Below are positions 1 through 11,100 of a stretch of DNA of 64,000 nt, piece after piece (the stretch's first letter is position 1; the number at the start of each line of letters is the position of its first letter). The translations under genes and the position numbers were made by a program. The notes beneath the pieces are model-generated. The model worked only from the letters and a program-made list of their open reading frames with translations. It did no database searches and was not told the DNA's origin. The DNA is from Sedimentisphaerales bacterium (GTDB taxonomy: Bacteria; Planctomycetota; Phycisphaerae; Sedimentisphaerales; Anaerobacaceae), in NCBI GenBank assembly GCA_963708075.1, contig OY970194.1, forward strand, positions 6,496,001-6,560,000, given 5' to 3'.

Positions 1-264
1 GCCCGGTGGCGTCGGCTCTGGCGTCAGCGGATTCAGGATCTGCTGATTGCGACGGTGCAGAACTTGCGAACCCTTCTGCGCCATACGGGTCGGCGCACTC
101 GTGGGGCCTGCTCGCAGGCTCCAGGCCACAGCGCCCCGGCCCCACACACGCTCGGGACCATTCTGGACACGCCGGCAGGACTTCTCCGGACCTTCCTGAA
201 GCCTCTACAGTCGATTCATCGCCGCGGAGCGACCCCTGTGCCTTCCGGCCCCTGCTACCCATGA
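1..264 (+). mobile_element. C-terminal end of an IS1182-family transposase (runs off window edge)
   Basis: Frame 1 reads ARWRRLWRQRIQDLLIATVQNLRTLLRH, matching the R-x-R...Q-x-L-L-x-A-x-x-x-N-L motif at the end of IS1182 DDE transposases. Possible right end near TTCCGGCAACAGCCC (~283-297). Confidence 0.6.
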
Positions 265-465
265 CCGCTCCCTCACGGCTGCTTCCGGCAACAGCCCGTC
301 AAGAGTTGACCCTGTAATCCGCCTTTCTTCTTGCCTTGCTCGGTGTGGCGCGTTATCACCACGGCGGTGGCTGAAGGAGAATCGGATGACCATGACGAAT
401 CCCAATGACATCTTTAAACAATATCTTGAGGAGAGAACCGTTACTAAGTAGGTAGCCACAATCCA

Positions 466-670
466 TCACATGAATTCCTTCAGCCAGAATTTGCCGGACA
501 GGATGCCTGCCTTGCGGCGTGCCGTGCCGGGGGACAGGCCCAGGAACCAGCGTTCGGCCTTCCTTGCCTCTTTATCCAGGGACTGGAACTGGCGGTTGGC
601 GACAATCAGGCGTTTGATCTCTCTCCAGAGATGATCCTGCGGATTCAGCTCGGGACACTGCTTGGGAAAC
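466..670 (-). pseudogene. IS630-family transposase 3' fragment
   Basis: PKQCPELNPQDHLWREIKR resembles the IS630 P-x-x-S/C-P-E-L-N-P-x-E-x-x-W motif. The 5' part is missing, cut at a TGTCCCC motif. Confidence 0.7.
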
Positions 671-672
671 AG

Positions 673-717
673 GGGACAGTCACCTATTATTGCCGACACG
701 AAATAGGTGGCTGTCCC
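673..717. repeat. 16-bp inverted repeat GGGACAGTCACCTATT / AATAGGTGGCTGTCCC
   Basis: Arms at 673-688 and 702-717, one mismatch. Confidence 0.8.
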
Positions 718-1028
718 TAGTATCTTCAATGCCGTCAAGCGAATAATTCCTTATTCAAGACGTGACCCCCCGTTTTTCCTAAACCGCAGATGATCGCTGA
801 TAAACGCCGATGGATGAAGGCCGGGACACGGCTTCGGCGAGAGCCGCTACGGTGGGCTATGCCCACCGATCTCCTGTCCCTCTGGAAGACGCGACCGGAC
901 GTCCGCTGATAATTATATAATCAAAGATGTGACCCCGTCCCCTAACTAGGGTCCGTCCCTAGCGTCCTAGCGTCCCCGCGCCCGTGGTGAAACGCAGCCC
1001 TGAAGATGAAATGGTTCTGACGATCCGG

Positions 1029-1943
1029 TTATATTGCTCTGCGTCTGCGCAGCCAGCCGACAAGACCAATGCCAATGCTGCTCAGCACAATCCCAGCGGG
1101 GGCTGGGACAGACTCATTCCACTCGTAGATGAACCCATAGTTGTCACCATCCCAAGTATTGTTGTAGTAACCGACGATGGTGTTGCCGCTGATGCCTGTC
1201 GCATGAGTACCATAGCTGCCGGGGTAATCCAGAGTAGTCCAGGTCTTCCCGTCATAGAGATAACTAAGAAATCTCCCCGACACGGGGTCGGTATACCAAC
1301 CAATCATGTTGTCGCCCTCGATGTCCATAAGCCCACCGCCACCCCACGGGCTGTCCACGACGGTCCAAGTCGTTCCGTCATAGATAAAGCTGTGGTCCTC
1401 GTACATACCCACTTCGTAATTCCCGGCCACTCTCGTCCCATCGATTGCGCGTAACTCACTCCAAGTGCTTCCAGGATAATCTAAGGTGGTCCATGTCGTC
1501 CCATCGTAAAAGAGCCCATGACGGTGGAAGGGGTCGTCCTCATATAGACCCACCATCCTATTGCCTTCAATGTCGTGCAGTTGCATGGCATTGGCGAACG
1601 GTGTCCAAGTCGTTCCGTCGTAACGAACACCGATACCCACATCGAGGTATCCGACAATGTTCTGGCCGTCAACGCCCTCCAGTATAGTACCGACAAGGCC
1701 AGCCAACTCGGGAACATCGAGCGTGCTCCAAGTCGTCCTGTCATAGAGGAATCCGTGTGATGCCCAGCCGTTGGAGGGATCGAAGTAACACCCGACAATG
1801 TTGTTCCCCTGAATGCCCAAGGCATAGGTATTGGTACTCCCTGGGTACATGATGGTGGTCCAGTCGCCAAGCGCATGACCCGAGAGGCACATTGTGACCA
1901 AAGTGACAATTACAACGGTGAACCGATCAGCCTTCATTTTCAT
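1029..1943 (-). CDS. PEP-CTERM-like (VPAP variant) exosortase-sorted surface protein with GFxYDGxTWxTLDxPG beta-repeats
   Basis: N-terminal signal peptide, about five YDGTTWT repeats, C-terminal VPAPAG + TM helix + RRRR. GGAGG RBS upstream. Confidence 0.85.
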   Translation of the reverse strand: MKMKADRFTVVIVTLVTMCLSGHALGDWTTIMYPGSTNTYALGIQGNNIVGCYFDPSNGWASHGFLYDRTTWSTLDVPELAGLVGTILEGVDGQNIVGYLDVGIGVRYDGTTWTPFANAMQLHDIEGNRMVGLYEDDPFHRHGLFYDGTTWTTLDYPGSTWSELRAIDGTRVAGNYEVGMYEDHSFIYDGTTWTVVDSPWGGGGLMDIEGDNMIGWYTDPVSGRFLSYLYDGKTWTTLDYPGSYGTHATGISGNTIVGYYNNTWDGDNYGFIYEWNESVPAPAGIVLSSIGIGLVGWLRRRRAI

Positions 1944-2334
1944 GTTTCTTCCTCCATGTCACGTGCACAGAGAGACATCCGTAGACCTCAACTGTGCGCC
2001 ATTGAAGCCCTTCTCTATGGCGTCCCAACAGTGTAACCCATCCTCCGTGACATGAGGCCGGACCTCCTAATCCGACCAGCAGATGAAGCCGATTCTACCA
2101 ACGCACGGCAGCGCATATCTATTCGTGGAAATACCTATTTCTGCACCCAGCCCCTCGGTTTCTGAGGGCAGAATATGCACGAACCCGCAAGGTGTAGGTA
2201 TTTCTTGCCCCCCAGCCAGGCTTGTCGCGGCAAATAGAGCCTCGACTGCCGCTCCCTCAATTCCTCACCACCAGCCGCCCCTCAATCTCAACCGCGCCGA
2301 GGTTTTCGGGTCTGCCGACCCCGCCGTCCGACGC

Positions 2335-3114
2335 CTATGCTCTTGCCGGTCCCGGAGGGACCCCAGCCCGCCGCGCATGAAGCCGTTGCCTGAGTCGTTT
2401 CCACTTGGCCGACACTGCTGGTTCGGCCACGATGCCGATGAACTCGCACAGGAGTCCCGGGATGAATTGGCATAGGAGCCCCAGGATGAACGCCAAGGCC
2501 AGTCTCCCCCAGGAGTTCTTCTGCTGGAGGTCCCAAACGGCCCGCAGTTGGGGCCTCTTGACGTTCAAGGCATCCTCGATCTCTCTCTTCTCCTGTTCGA
2601 GCGTCTCGATCTGCTTGGTCAGCCGCTCCACGAGGATTTGCTGCTGGCGAATGTGCTCATCTGTCTCCGCGATGGACCGCCGAGCCTCGGCCAGCGCTCG
2701 TGATACATCCACGGCGGATGGGCTTCGGTTCGGGGTCGCAAGCAGGAATACCAGCAGCAGGAGAAGTACGAGGGATATAACAGCAAGGAAGATGGTGTGG
2801 CTTATCGGGGGGATGTCTGATCTGCCGCCGCCCTGGGTAGAGCGCCGAGGCGACCGTGCAGAGTCAGAGTCGTCATCTCCATCACCTCCACCTTCGTCGC
2901 CTCCCCCTTCGCCGCCTCCACCGCCATCCCCGCCACTCTCGCCGCTGGCGCTATTCTCGCCTGTTGTCCCGCCATCCATATCCGGAGTAACCGTCTTGAC
3001 CCTTTGCCGAGTGTAGTTTCTGTGGAATCCTATGAAGGCGAGAGGGTTCACAATATGCTTCCAACGCACCCGCACCGTCGCAAAAGCCCGAAGGTCCAAT
3101 ACCCTGATGTTCAT
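2335..3114 (-). CDS. Hypothetical membrane protein (Gly/acidic linker, TM helix, coiled coil, TM helix)
   Basis: AAGGAGG RBS before the ATG. Hydrophobic segments and a heptad-like stretch. Confidence 0.55.
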   Translation of the reverse strand: MNIRVLDLRAFATVRVRWKHIVNPLAFIGFHRNYTRQRVKTVTPDMDGGTTGENSASGESGGDGGGGGEGGGDEGGGDGDDDSDSARSPRRSTQGGGRSDIPPISHTIFLAVISLVLLLLLVFLLATPNRSPSAVDVSRALAEARRSIAETDEHIRQQQILVERLTKQIETLEQEKREIEDALNVKRPQLRAVWDLQQKNSWGRLALAFILGLLCQFIPGLLCEFIGIVAEPAVSAKWKRLRQRLHARRAGVPPGPARA

Positions 3115-3535
3115 GTTAGTACCTCCTTTCTCACATGCCGGACTTCGCCATTTTATGGCTAACCATTGTACCGCGTGAGTATCGCCCTGTCAATGTGATG
3201 CTTGCAGGGGGGGGGTGGGGCGAGGGGGCGTTTGAATTGCGGATTTCGGATTGCGGAATGCGGGGCGAGAGACGCGGCGTTTCGAATGCGGAGTACGGCC
3301 TGCAAACTGAGGGTTATGCATGGCCGCCGATTCCATATGCACACGCCACCCATCCGCTATGTGGTATTACCACCTACCGCCGTCCTCTAGCGCCGTGCTC
3401 GTCACACGCTAGGTTGCACCACAACCTAGCGCAGGCAACAAAAGCGTCCTCCGCATGACGCCTCATGTTCCTTCCTCCCTTCTTCCCCTCCTGCGTTCTT
3501 CCTCCATGTCATTCTCTGCGTCCCAGCGGCCCAAT

Positions 3536-3935
3536 GGATTGATTATCGATGATTGATGATTGATGATTGGATCTGCGGAAATCTGCGATATCTGCGGATG
3601 GTGATCAGTAGTCGGTAGGCAGTAGTCGGTTGTCAGTAGTCGGTAGCCGGTTGTCGGTTGAAGGCCTGGATTCCCATCGGGTCGGGAATGACATGAAAGG
3701 GAGATTGCCGCGCTTCGCTCGCAATGACATGAATAAGGAAGTTCTCGCGTGGTTCGTGACCTTCGTGGTGAAGAACAGGGATCGGTGGCAGTCGTGGGCG
3801 GGTTTGAAACCCGCCCCTACGAGGCGCGACCGTGTCCCGGCCTTCATCGCCATTCATCTGCGGTTGCATTTTCTCCGTGGTCTCCGTGACCTCCGTGGTG
3901 AGAGACTCTGGATTCCCGCCTTCGCGGGAATGACA
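3536..3935. repeat. Cluster of heptamer tandem repeats and REP-like palindromes
   Basis: (GATGATT)n at ~3536-3570, (CAGTAGT/CGGTTGT)n at ~3606-3660, GGGCGGGTTTGAAACCCGCCC at 3796, TGGATTCCCGCCTTCGCGGGAATGACA at ~3909-3935. Confidence 0.75.
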
Positions 3936-3979
3936 TGAAGGGAATCCGTGTCGAGGTGCGGGCGAATGAGGATTCGCCC

Positions 3980-4834
3980 TTACCTTGTCTTCCTTCTCTT
4001 CTCTCGCCTTTTCGCTTTGTTTTGGGCTTGCCATGCTTTGGCTTTGGCTTTGCATCGGGCTTGCAGGTCCTTCGTGCTGCGTTTCTCGACTTCGGCGCGG
4101 GCTTGGACGGCTTCGGGACTGTTGTAGAGGGCTTCGCGCTTCTCCTCGGGCCACTCGTCGGGGAAGTTCAGGTAGGCGTATTGGCCGTGCAGCATGATCG
4201 CCATGCGGTCGCGGGCGCGGGCGGCCTCGATCTCCTCGGCGAACAGGCCGATGTGCACGCGGACCCAGCGGTATCCGACGTCGGCGCTCCATTTGTTGCC
4301 TTTGCGGGACACGCCGCGGTATTGGGATGTTCCCTTGCGGGCGCGGGCGTTGAACGCGTTGTGGCGCGGGTCGCAGTTGCGCAGGTTGCTCCGGCGGTTG
4401 TCGGCGCCGTTGTGGTTGCTGTGGTCGACGACCTCGCCCTTTCGCGGCTCCATGATCTCGCGATGCATGAAAATGACTTTGCCGTTTTCCTTGCGGAAGG
4501 CGTAGACCGTGTTGTCGGAGACCATGGCGAGCCAGTTGTGCTTGCTGAGCCATTCGTAGTCGGCGGCGTCGACGATGGCGAAGTGGCCGCGGGTGAGCGG
4601 GATGAAGCGGATGTCGCCGGTCTGCGGCTCGGGGACGGGGAGGCGGTAGGAGGGGTCGTGGCGGGGGGCGAAATTCCGGCAGGTGCCGCCGGGGGACACC
4701 GCCCGCAGCCGGCCCGGGGCCTCCGGGGTGTTGACGCACATCAGCGTGTTCGGCCAGCCGAAGGTCACCTGCCGCATCCAGAACGCCGGATCGCACACGC
4801 CGTACGCACATTGGGAACAGAGTCGCTTCTTCAT
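3980..4834 (-). CDS. HNH endonuclease with AP2 DNA-binding domain and Cys-rich N-terminus
   Basis: VDHSNHNGADNRRSNLR..N (HNH_3 type) followed by SQYRGVS...KWSA...IGLF..EIEAARARD (AP2). GGAGG RBS before MKKRLCSQC. Confidence 0.88.
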   Translation of the reverse strand: MKKRLCSQCAYGVCDPAFWMRQVTFGWPNTLMCVNTPEAPGRLRAVSPGGTCRNFAPRHDPSYRLPVPEPQTGDIRFIPLTRGHFAIVDAADYEWLSKHNWLAMVSDNTVYAFRKENGKVIFMHREIMEPRKGEVVDHSNHNGADNRRSNLRNCDPRHNAFNARARKGTSQYRGVSRKGNKWSADVGYRWVRVHIGLFAEEIEAARARDRMAIMLHGQYAYLNFPDEWPEEKREALYNSPEAVQARAEVEKRSTKDLQARCKAKAKAWQAQNKAKRREKRRKTR

Positions 4835-4878
4835 ATGACCTCCATCTCTCGCCGTCGGGTGGCACGGGCAAACTCGTT

Positions 4879-5033
4879 GGGTTCGTCCCAAGTTGTTGAG
4901 TTTTGGGTGGCAGCGTCAAGCGCAGCTTGGCGATGGTCTTGCCCATTCGCCATCGCCAAGGCCTTCGGCCTTGACGCTGCCACCCGACTGCGCAGCTTGC
5001 ACAGGCTCGATCTCAAGGATTTGGGACGAACCC
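4879..5033. mobile_element. 155-bp MITE-like element with 22-bp terminal IRs and 8-bp target duplication AACTCGTT
   Basis: GGGTTCGTCCCAAGTTGTTGAG ... CTCAAGGATTTGGGACGAACCC; AACTCGTT at 4871-4878 and 5034-5041. Confidence 0.8.
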
Positions 5034-5208
5034 AACTCGTTTGACGGTGCTCGTTCGATGTAGCCTGCCCAGTCGAAACCCCACGGGCCAACGAGTTTGC
5101 CCGTGCCACCCGTGGCTATGCTTGTTCAGGCGACACCTGCTGTCGCCCGCCTGTTCGCCGCCGGGCACACGCCCAGGGTCAACGCGCCGTTTCTCCGGCG
5201 GTGGTTGT

Positions 5209-5237
5209 ATAATAAACCATCTAACAAACTCTGGCAA
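5209..5237 (-). promoter_or_regulatory. sigma70-like promoter upstream of the HNH-AP2 gene
   Basis: TTGCCA-17 bp-TATTAT on the minus strand. Confidence 0.55.
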
Positions 5238-5681
5238 CCAAAAAATGTCTAACATGGCAGTGCACAACTGCTTGTGACGGCAGGGGATAGGAACATTCAG
5301 CAAAGAAACCCGCTTTTTTCCAGTTGTGGAGGCGCGGAATCTTGCGATCCTGCAAGAATGCCCTTGCAGCCACTATGCCGTGGTGCATCCTCAAGCTCCG
5401 GCTGGCAGGGGCAAGCGGAGCCGTTCATGGGCCTTGGCGCACCCGAAGAGGATGAAACTGGCATGCTCTTCGTAGGTCGTGCGTCCTCGCACGACTCTGG
5501 GCGAGCGGGGACGCTCGCCCTACGCGGAGATCTGTCCGGCGTATTTTCAGAGGAGTCTTCGGAGCTTGCCGATGGTGTTGACGCACATCCCACGAGCCAT
5601 CGGCAAGCTGCGCTTGCCGCTGCCACCCATCATAAGTCTGGAATCCGAGACAGCGTACACCCATCGTGACAGGCGTGCTTC

Positions 5682-7811
5682 TTACCTTCGTATCTTCCTG
5701 CCTTGTGTTGCCGTGATAGCGCCGGGGCGGGTGTTTTGGGCGGTGCGCGTCGTGGCCGGCGGGGTGGTCATGGCCACGCGGATGCCGGGGTAGTCACAGC
5801 GCAGGTGTGCGGCGAAACGATGGCGGTGCGTGGTCCGGCAGTACTCCGGCGGGAAGCACCAGGCGCCGCCGCGCAGGACCCGCAGGACGCCGGGCTTGGG
5901 ACCCTCGTGCTCGTCATCGTCCCTGTAGGGGTAGGGCAGGAACGCGGAACTGGTCCATTCCCAGGCGTTGCCCGCCATGTCGTACAGGCCGAGCGCGTTC
6001 GGCGGGAACCGGCCGACGGGGGAGGTACAGTCCCATTTGTCCGAGTCCGCCACGCCGCGCACGTTGGCCAGTGCGTGACTGATCGTCCCGGTCTGGGTCG
6101 GGTATTCGGATGTCATCCCGGCACGGGCCGCGTATTCCCATTCCGCCTCCGTGGGCAGGCGAAGGCCGGCCCACCGGCAGTAGTCGTCGGCCTCACGCCA
6201 CGTCACGCCCACGACGGGCTGGTTTGGATCGCTGTAGTTCGGATCGTCCGCGTGATAGGGCCGGATCGCGCCCTCGGCTTTCCGGAACTTGCCGTACTGC
6301 TCGTTCGTTACCTCGAACTTGCCCAGCCAGAAGCCGCCGACAGTGACCTTGTGGGCGGGCCGCTCGTCGCTTTGACCCCCATCGCTGCCCATCGTGAACT
6401 CGCCTCCGGGTATCCAGATGAGCGCGGAGCCATCGGCTGGATTGACGTACTCGTCCCCCGGCCGCGGCTCTCCCAGCTTCGGCGTCCACTGGCGCCGCTG
6501 AAGCGGCACAAGGTGGGGCGTAGCGGAGGGGGCCGCCCCGTCGGGTTCGGATGATTTCGGGCTCTTGTTCGCTTGTGTTGTTGCCGCCGCCACAGGAATG
6601 GATGGGGGTTCTTCGTGCTCGGTGAGTATGACCGATACGGACGCCTCGTCGGAGACTTTTGTGGCGAACCACTGCGGCTCCTGGATCCAACCCTGGCGGT
6701 ACAGCGTACCGCTTCCTGTGTGGCCGTCCAGCGAGCCCCTGAACACGACCTTGTCCTCGCCCTTGGCGCTGTCGATTCTGATGCTGCGGCCCCAGAGGTA
6801 GAACGCATCACTGGTGGTGCTGTCGTTGCAGAGGTACCTGGCGGCGGTGATGTCGCCCTTGCGGCCGATGGAGATCGTGCCGTTGAGGGAGGGGCAGGCC
6901 GGCACATCGAGTTCCCACGTGCCGGACAGGTCCGCCGGCTGTCGCTTCGCCGTCCACGGTTGTATGCCGGGAGAGGAATCACCGAGTTGCTCCTGAGTGC
7001 CGCGAATCTCGTCGCCCTCGGCAAGGCCCTCAAATCGCAGCTTCATCTGCCGGCCCTGGATCTCTCCGTCGAGCGTCAGGGCCACGCGCCTGCCGGAGAT
7101 CGACGCCTCGACGCGTTGGGTCACGCCCAGGTCGGGGAAGTGCGCTGCGCCGGCGATGGTCTGAAACTCCTGGCCCATATGCAGGACCGTTCGGATTTCG
7201 CCCTGCGAGGTGGTCGTTGTCCATTCCCAGATCCCGCTCACGCGCGCGGGGATGATCCACAGGTACACGACTCCGCCGCGGGCGCGCAAGTGGCGGGCCG
7301 CGCGGTCGGCCCCCCAGTCGTCCATGTGAAATGCGTGGGACACGACGCGCGTGCCGGGCCGCAGCTCGCGAAAGAGCTTGGGCCGGACCATGAGATTCAC
7401 CTCGTTGAGCAGGTACATCGTGACAACATTCGCGTCGTGGATGGGCACCTTCATGATGTCGCCGATCTTGAACTGGACGAGGTGGCTCACGCCGGCGTAC
7501 GATGCGTTGTCGATGGATTCGCGGATGCGCTGGCCATCCAGGTCCACGCCGAGGCCGCGGGCGCCGAATTCCTTCGCGGCGGCGATGACGATTCGGCCGT
7601 CGCCGCACCCGAGGTCCACGACGTAATCGTTGCTCGTTACCTCCGCGAGCCTGAGCATGACATCGACGACCTGTGCGTGTGTCGGCTCGTAAGGCACATC
7701 AAGATCCGACGGCCGGACTTCATCACCGGCAAGGGGGGCGGCGCACAGACCGATTATCAGAGAGATCAAGACAGGCCGGCCAACGCACACCTGTGTCCGC
7801 CCCGTGTTCAT
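5682..7811 (-). CDS. Exported fusion of a class I SAM methyltransferase and a formylglycine-generating-enzyme (SUMF1)-like domain
   Basis: DVPYEPT...VVDLGCGDGRI (SAM motif I); FTMGS...RLPTEAEWEYAAR...NALGLYDMAGNAWEW...RGGAW (FGE-sulfatase). AGGAGG RBS before the ATG at 7811. Confidence 0.88.
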   Translation of the reverse strand: MNTGRTQVCVGRPVLISLIIGLCAAPLAGDEVRPSDLDVPYEPTHAQVVDVMLRLAEVTSNDYVVDLGCGDGRIVIAAAKEFGARGLGVDLDGQRIRESIDNASYAGVSHLVQFKIGDIMKVPIHDANVVTMYLLNEVNLMVRPKLFRELRPGTRVVSHAFHMDDWGADRAARHLRARGGVVYLWIIPARVSGIWEWTTTTSQGEIRTVLHMGQEFQTIAGAAHFPDLGVTQRVEASISGRRVALTLDGEIQGRQMKLRFEGLAEGDEIRGTQEQLGDSSPGIQPWTAKRQPADLSGTWELDVPACPSLNGTISIGRKGDITAARYLCNDSTTSDAFYLWGRSIRIDSAKGEDKVVFRGSLDGHTGSGTLYRQGWIQEPQWFATKVSDEASVSVILTEHEEPPSIPVAAATTQANKSPKSSEPDGAAPSATPHLVPLQRRQWTPKLGEPRPGDEYVNPADGSALIWIPGGEFTMGSDGGQSDERPAHKVTVGGFWLGKFEVTNEQYGKFRKAEGAIRPYHADDPNYSDPNQPVVGVTWREADDYCRWAGLRLPTEAEWEYAARAGMTSEYPTQTGTISHALANVRGVADSDKWDCTSPVGRFPPNALGLYDMAGNAWEWTSSAFLPYPYRDDDEHEGPKPGVLRVLRGGAWCFPPEYCRTTHRHRFAAHLRCDYPGIRVAMTTPPATTRTAQNTRPGAITATQGRKIRR

Positions 7812-8119
7812 GACAAACCTCCTGTCGATGCCGATGATAGACATGCAAAGACTCTCCCATTCGAAACTGCGCATGTAGATCCATCACTCTTTCGCGTCCG
7901 TCGAATCCAGTTCCTATCTTCCTCTCTGTGGGCGCATCCCGCTCGTCAGGTTTGTGCCTAAACCCCAATTGGCAATTGCCCGTCAGGACGTAAGGAAGCT
8001 GCGAGAGGACCGGCTGAATCGCTGCGGGATTTCCGGGATCGTTAGTGCGGGGGGATCGATGAGGGGGACTTAAGAGTCTGCGCGGATACTCACTTAATGC
8101 GTTGATGCCTGTGCTGGTG

Positions 8120-11100
8120 CTACTCAGCGCCCTGTTCACGGTATAGTGAGTCGAGAGACTTCAGTGGCTCCACTGTCTCCGACAGTCTTGGGGATACATC
8201 GTTGGGGTCGCGTATCAAGCTCGCCGTGACGAAGACCACGAGTACTCGTTTGGAGTTGTCCTCGTTCTTGAAGCCTATATGCGGCCCGAGCCACGAGAAG
8301 AAATCTGTTATGGAAGCACGCTGCGCGCTTGCCTCTGATCTGATCACGTCCGTCATTGCCAAGGCTACAGTACCGCCATCGTGGACCAGAATCCTATTGC
8401 TCGGTCGATCCAGTCTTACGGTCGGATGGTTGGCACCTCGAACGAGTGGCGTACCGCGCGTGACGCCATAGGCAAGCTCAAGGCTGACCTCGTTTTTGTC
8501 GCCGACAGACGGAATCACCAACACGTCAAAGGACCCGTCTTTGTCTACCAGGCCCACAGGATTGGTGCTACAGGTGGTCCAGGTGATGACTGGGAACTTC
8601 GATTCGTCGCCTTCTCTCCCCCTTATTTGCGGGTCCGCTACCATATCCAGCCGATTAGCCTGCTCAAGTCGGTCCAACTCTGCCATGAGTAGATCCGAGG
8701 GCACTCGGTCCGATAGACGACCTGCCCGCAGGTTGAGATCCAAGAGAATGTCGTCTTGGCGAATGTGATCTCTACTTCCGGGAGTCCATTCGATGCCGAG
8801 GTTCTGCAGATCGCGGGGTTCCATCGCGACGATGCGCGTGTCCAGCAGGACGAGGCGCTTGCGTGTGTCGTCTGTCTGTGGACTGCCGGATGCGCTCGAA
8901 TCACTCTGTGTTTTTGATTCGGGGGATGTCTTCTGTCGAGTGACTTCGTAATGGTCCGCCTTTTTCTTGACGACGTAGGGCGTGCCCGCCGTGACCATGC
9001 GGAGGGCGGTCTCCAGGGGCACGGCGTTCAACTCAACATCGATTTCTCCCGTGACATCTTCATCGACAGCAATGGATACTTCCGCGGCTGCCGCGAGATC
9101 CATCAACGCCAGTTGACGACTGACGCCACTGAATAAATTGCTGATCGGGCGGTAGACGAGATAGGTGCCTTGCGGCCAGGGGGATGTATTCGACTCTTCC
9201 TCGAAAGTACGCCGGCCCCTCGAAGCGACGAGATAGTAGTCTGGCGTCTTCCTGATGACGTAGGGTTTGCCGGCCAGGACCATCTCCAGAGCCGTCTCCA
9301 GCGAGACATCCTTCATGTCCGCATATACCGATCCGGTCACCGTCTCGTCGGTGATGATCGGCACGCCGGCCATGGTGGCAACATCCTGAAGGACCAGGCG
9401 CAACTGGTCGCCCTGCCATACGTTGGTGATCCGAGGCCGTTCCTGTCGGGCAATTGTGCTCTCCCCGATCTTCTTGAACACGTACGGCGTGCCTGCCAGA
9501 ATCCGGCGAAGCGACTCCTCGACGGAAACGCCGGCGAGTTCGGCCGTAATAGCCTGGGGCTTGACCGTCTCATCAACCGCAATCCTCACCCCCCCGCGTC
9601 TGGATATCTCCGCCAGCACTTCTCGCAGGTCCACGTTGGCGAATGTTGCGGTGATCGGGTCGCCAAAGATGCGGGTAGTGACTTCCCCGGATGATTCTCT
9701 GAATCCTCCCATTCCGCCCATCCCGGGGGCGATCTCATTCGCACCGGTGTCGTCGATAGGGCCCTCCAGGATGGTCGGCATCGCCATGATGTATACGGAC
9801 TCCTCGTCCTTGCCCGGCGCCGGCATATTCCACTCGGTCGTCCCGGCAAGAGTGATGCACTGGCCGCTATATACGGTGGCGGCTGCCTGAACGATTCTCC
9901 GCCGCACAACCGGCACGTCCGCGCCGGCGGAAGGCCGAAGGACGTCGGTCGTCCCGACCACGATCTCCAGGGTGACAGCATTGTGGTCACCAATGTGCGG
10001 GGTCAGGTCTATTTTGACCCCGGCCTCGATTCTCTCCAGCTTCCCGGGCTCTGAGGAGCCGTCGGCAGGCGGTGCGGCACGAATGTACTCGTCATGACCG
10101 ATTCTAACCTGGCACTCCGTTCCGTCTCGTGCCACGACCCGCGGGCTGGACAGGACCTCCACGTCCTTAAACAACGGAAGGAGGGCGTCCATCGTCTCGC
10201 CCGGCAGTGATTCCTGGACGACATGATCGCGGAGGACCTCGCCGACGGTCAGGTGAAAGCGAGGCCCGAACTCGCCGGCTCGTCCCTCAGGCCGGACCCG
10301 CTTGCCGAGGATCTCCTCTATCTTCAGCACGGTCTCGCGGTCCAGCTCGCTGCTGTCGACCGCCTTGACGACCTTGATGCCCACTTGAACATAGGCCTTG
10401 TCTGCCTCTGCGTCATTGGGGTCAGACGCGGACAGTTCAGCGACCTCGGCGGGTGCTGTTATCCCAGGCCCGTTGATCGTCGGCCGTACGAGCAGGATGT
10501 GCAGACGCTTACCGGCGGTTCTCGTCCTCCTGCTGCGGCGTGCCCCTCACGAAGACTGCTGAGTATTCATTGTTTCGAGCAATGAGCATCCATGCCATTT
10601 TTGTCGCAATCATTCGTTCGTTGGGGTCGGCGGGGTCGTCGACCAGATGGGTGAGAGCCAGTTTCGCATCAATCACTACCGCGTTCGGATCGTTCGGTAG
10701 AGAGACTGTGGTTTCCAGTCTCATGGAGCCGAGTCCATCCTCTTCCGAGGCTGCTTGAGGCACAGGAGCATTCGCGTCTTGTGCCTCGCCGATCATGATA
10801 GCCCCGGGTTGCCCCGGGAGCAGCAGAATTGTCGGATTGCTCACTATGCGAGCGTAACCGCGGGACACGAGGAGGTCCACGAATTCCTTGTCCTTGTCGC
10901 GTGCGAGCATGACCCCGGAGAGGGCATCCGCCAGAGGCCGCTGGAGTTGCTCAAGGCTTGGCTGGGGCAGGGGCCCGATGACGCGGCCGGAATTTCCTGC
11001 CGGCCTGCGCAACAGCAGGGTTCTCGCTTCCGCCGCCGTCTGCGGGTCGAGCGTACGGTCGGCGGAAACCTCGACGAGAGTGTAGCTGACCATGACCGGT

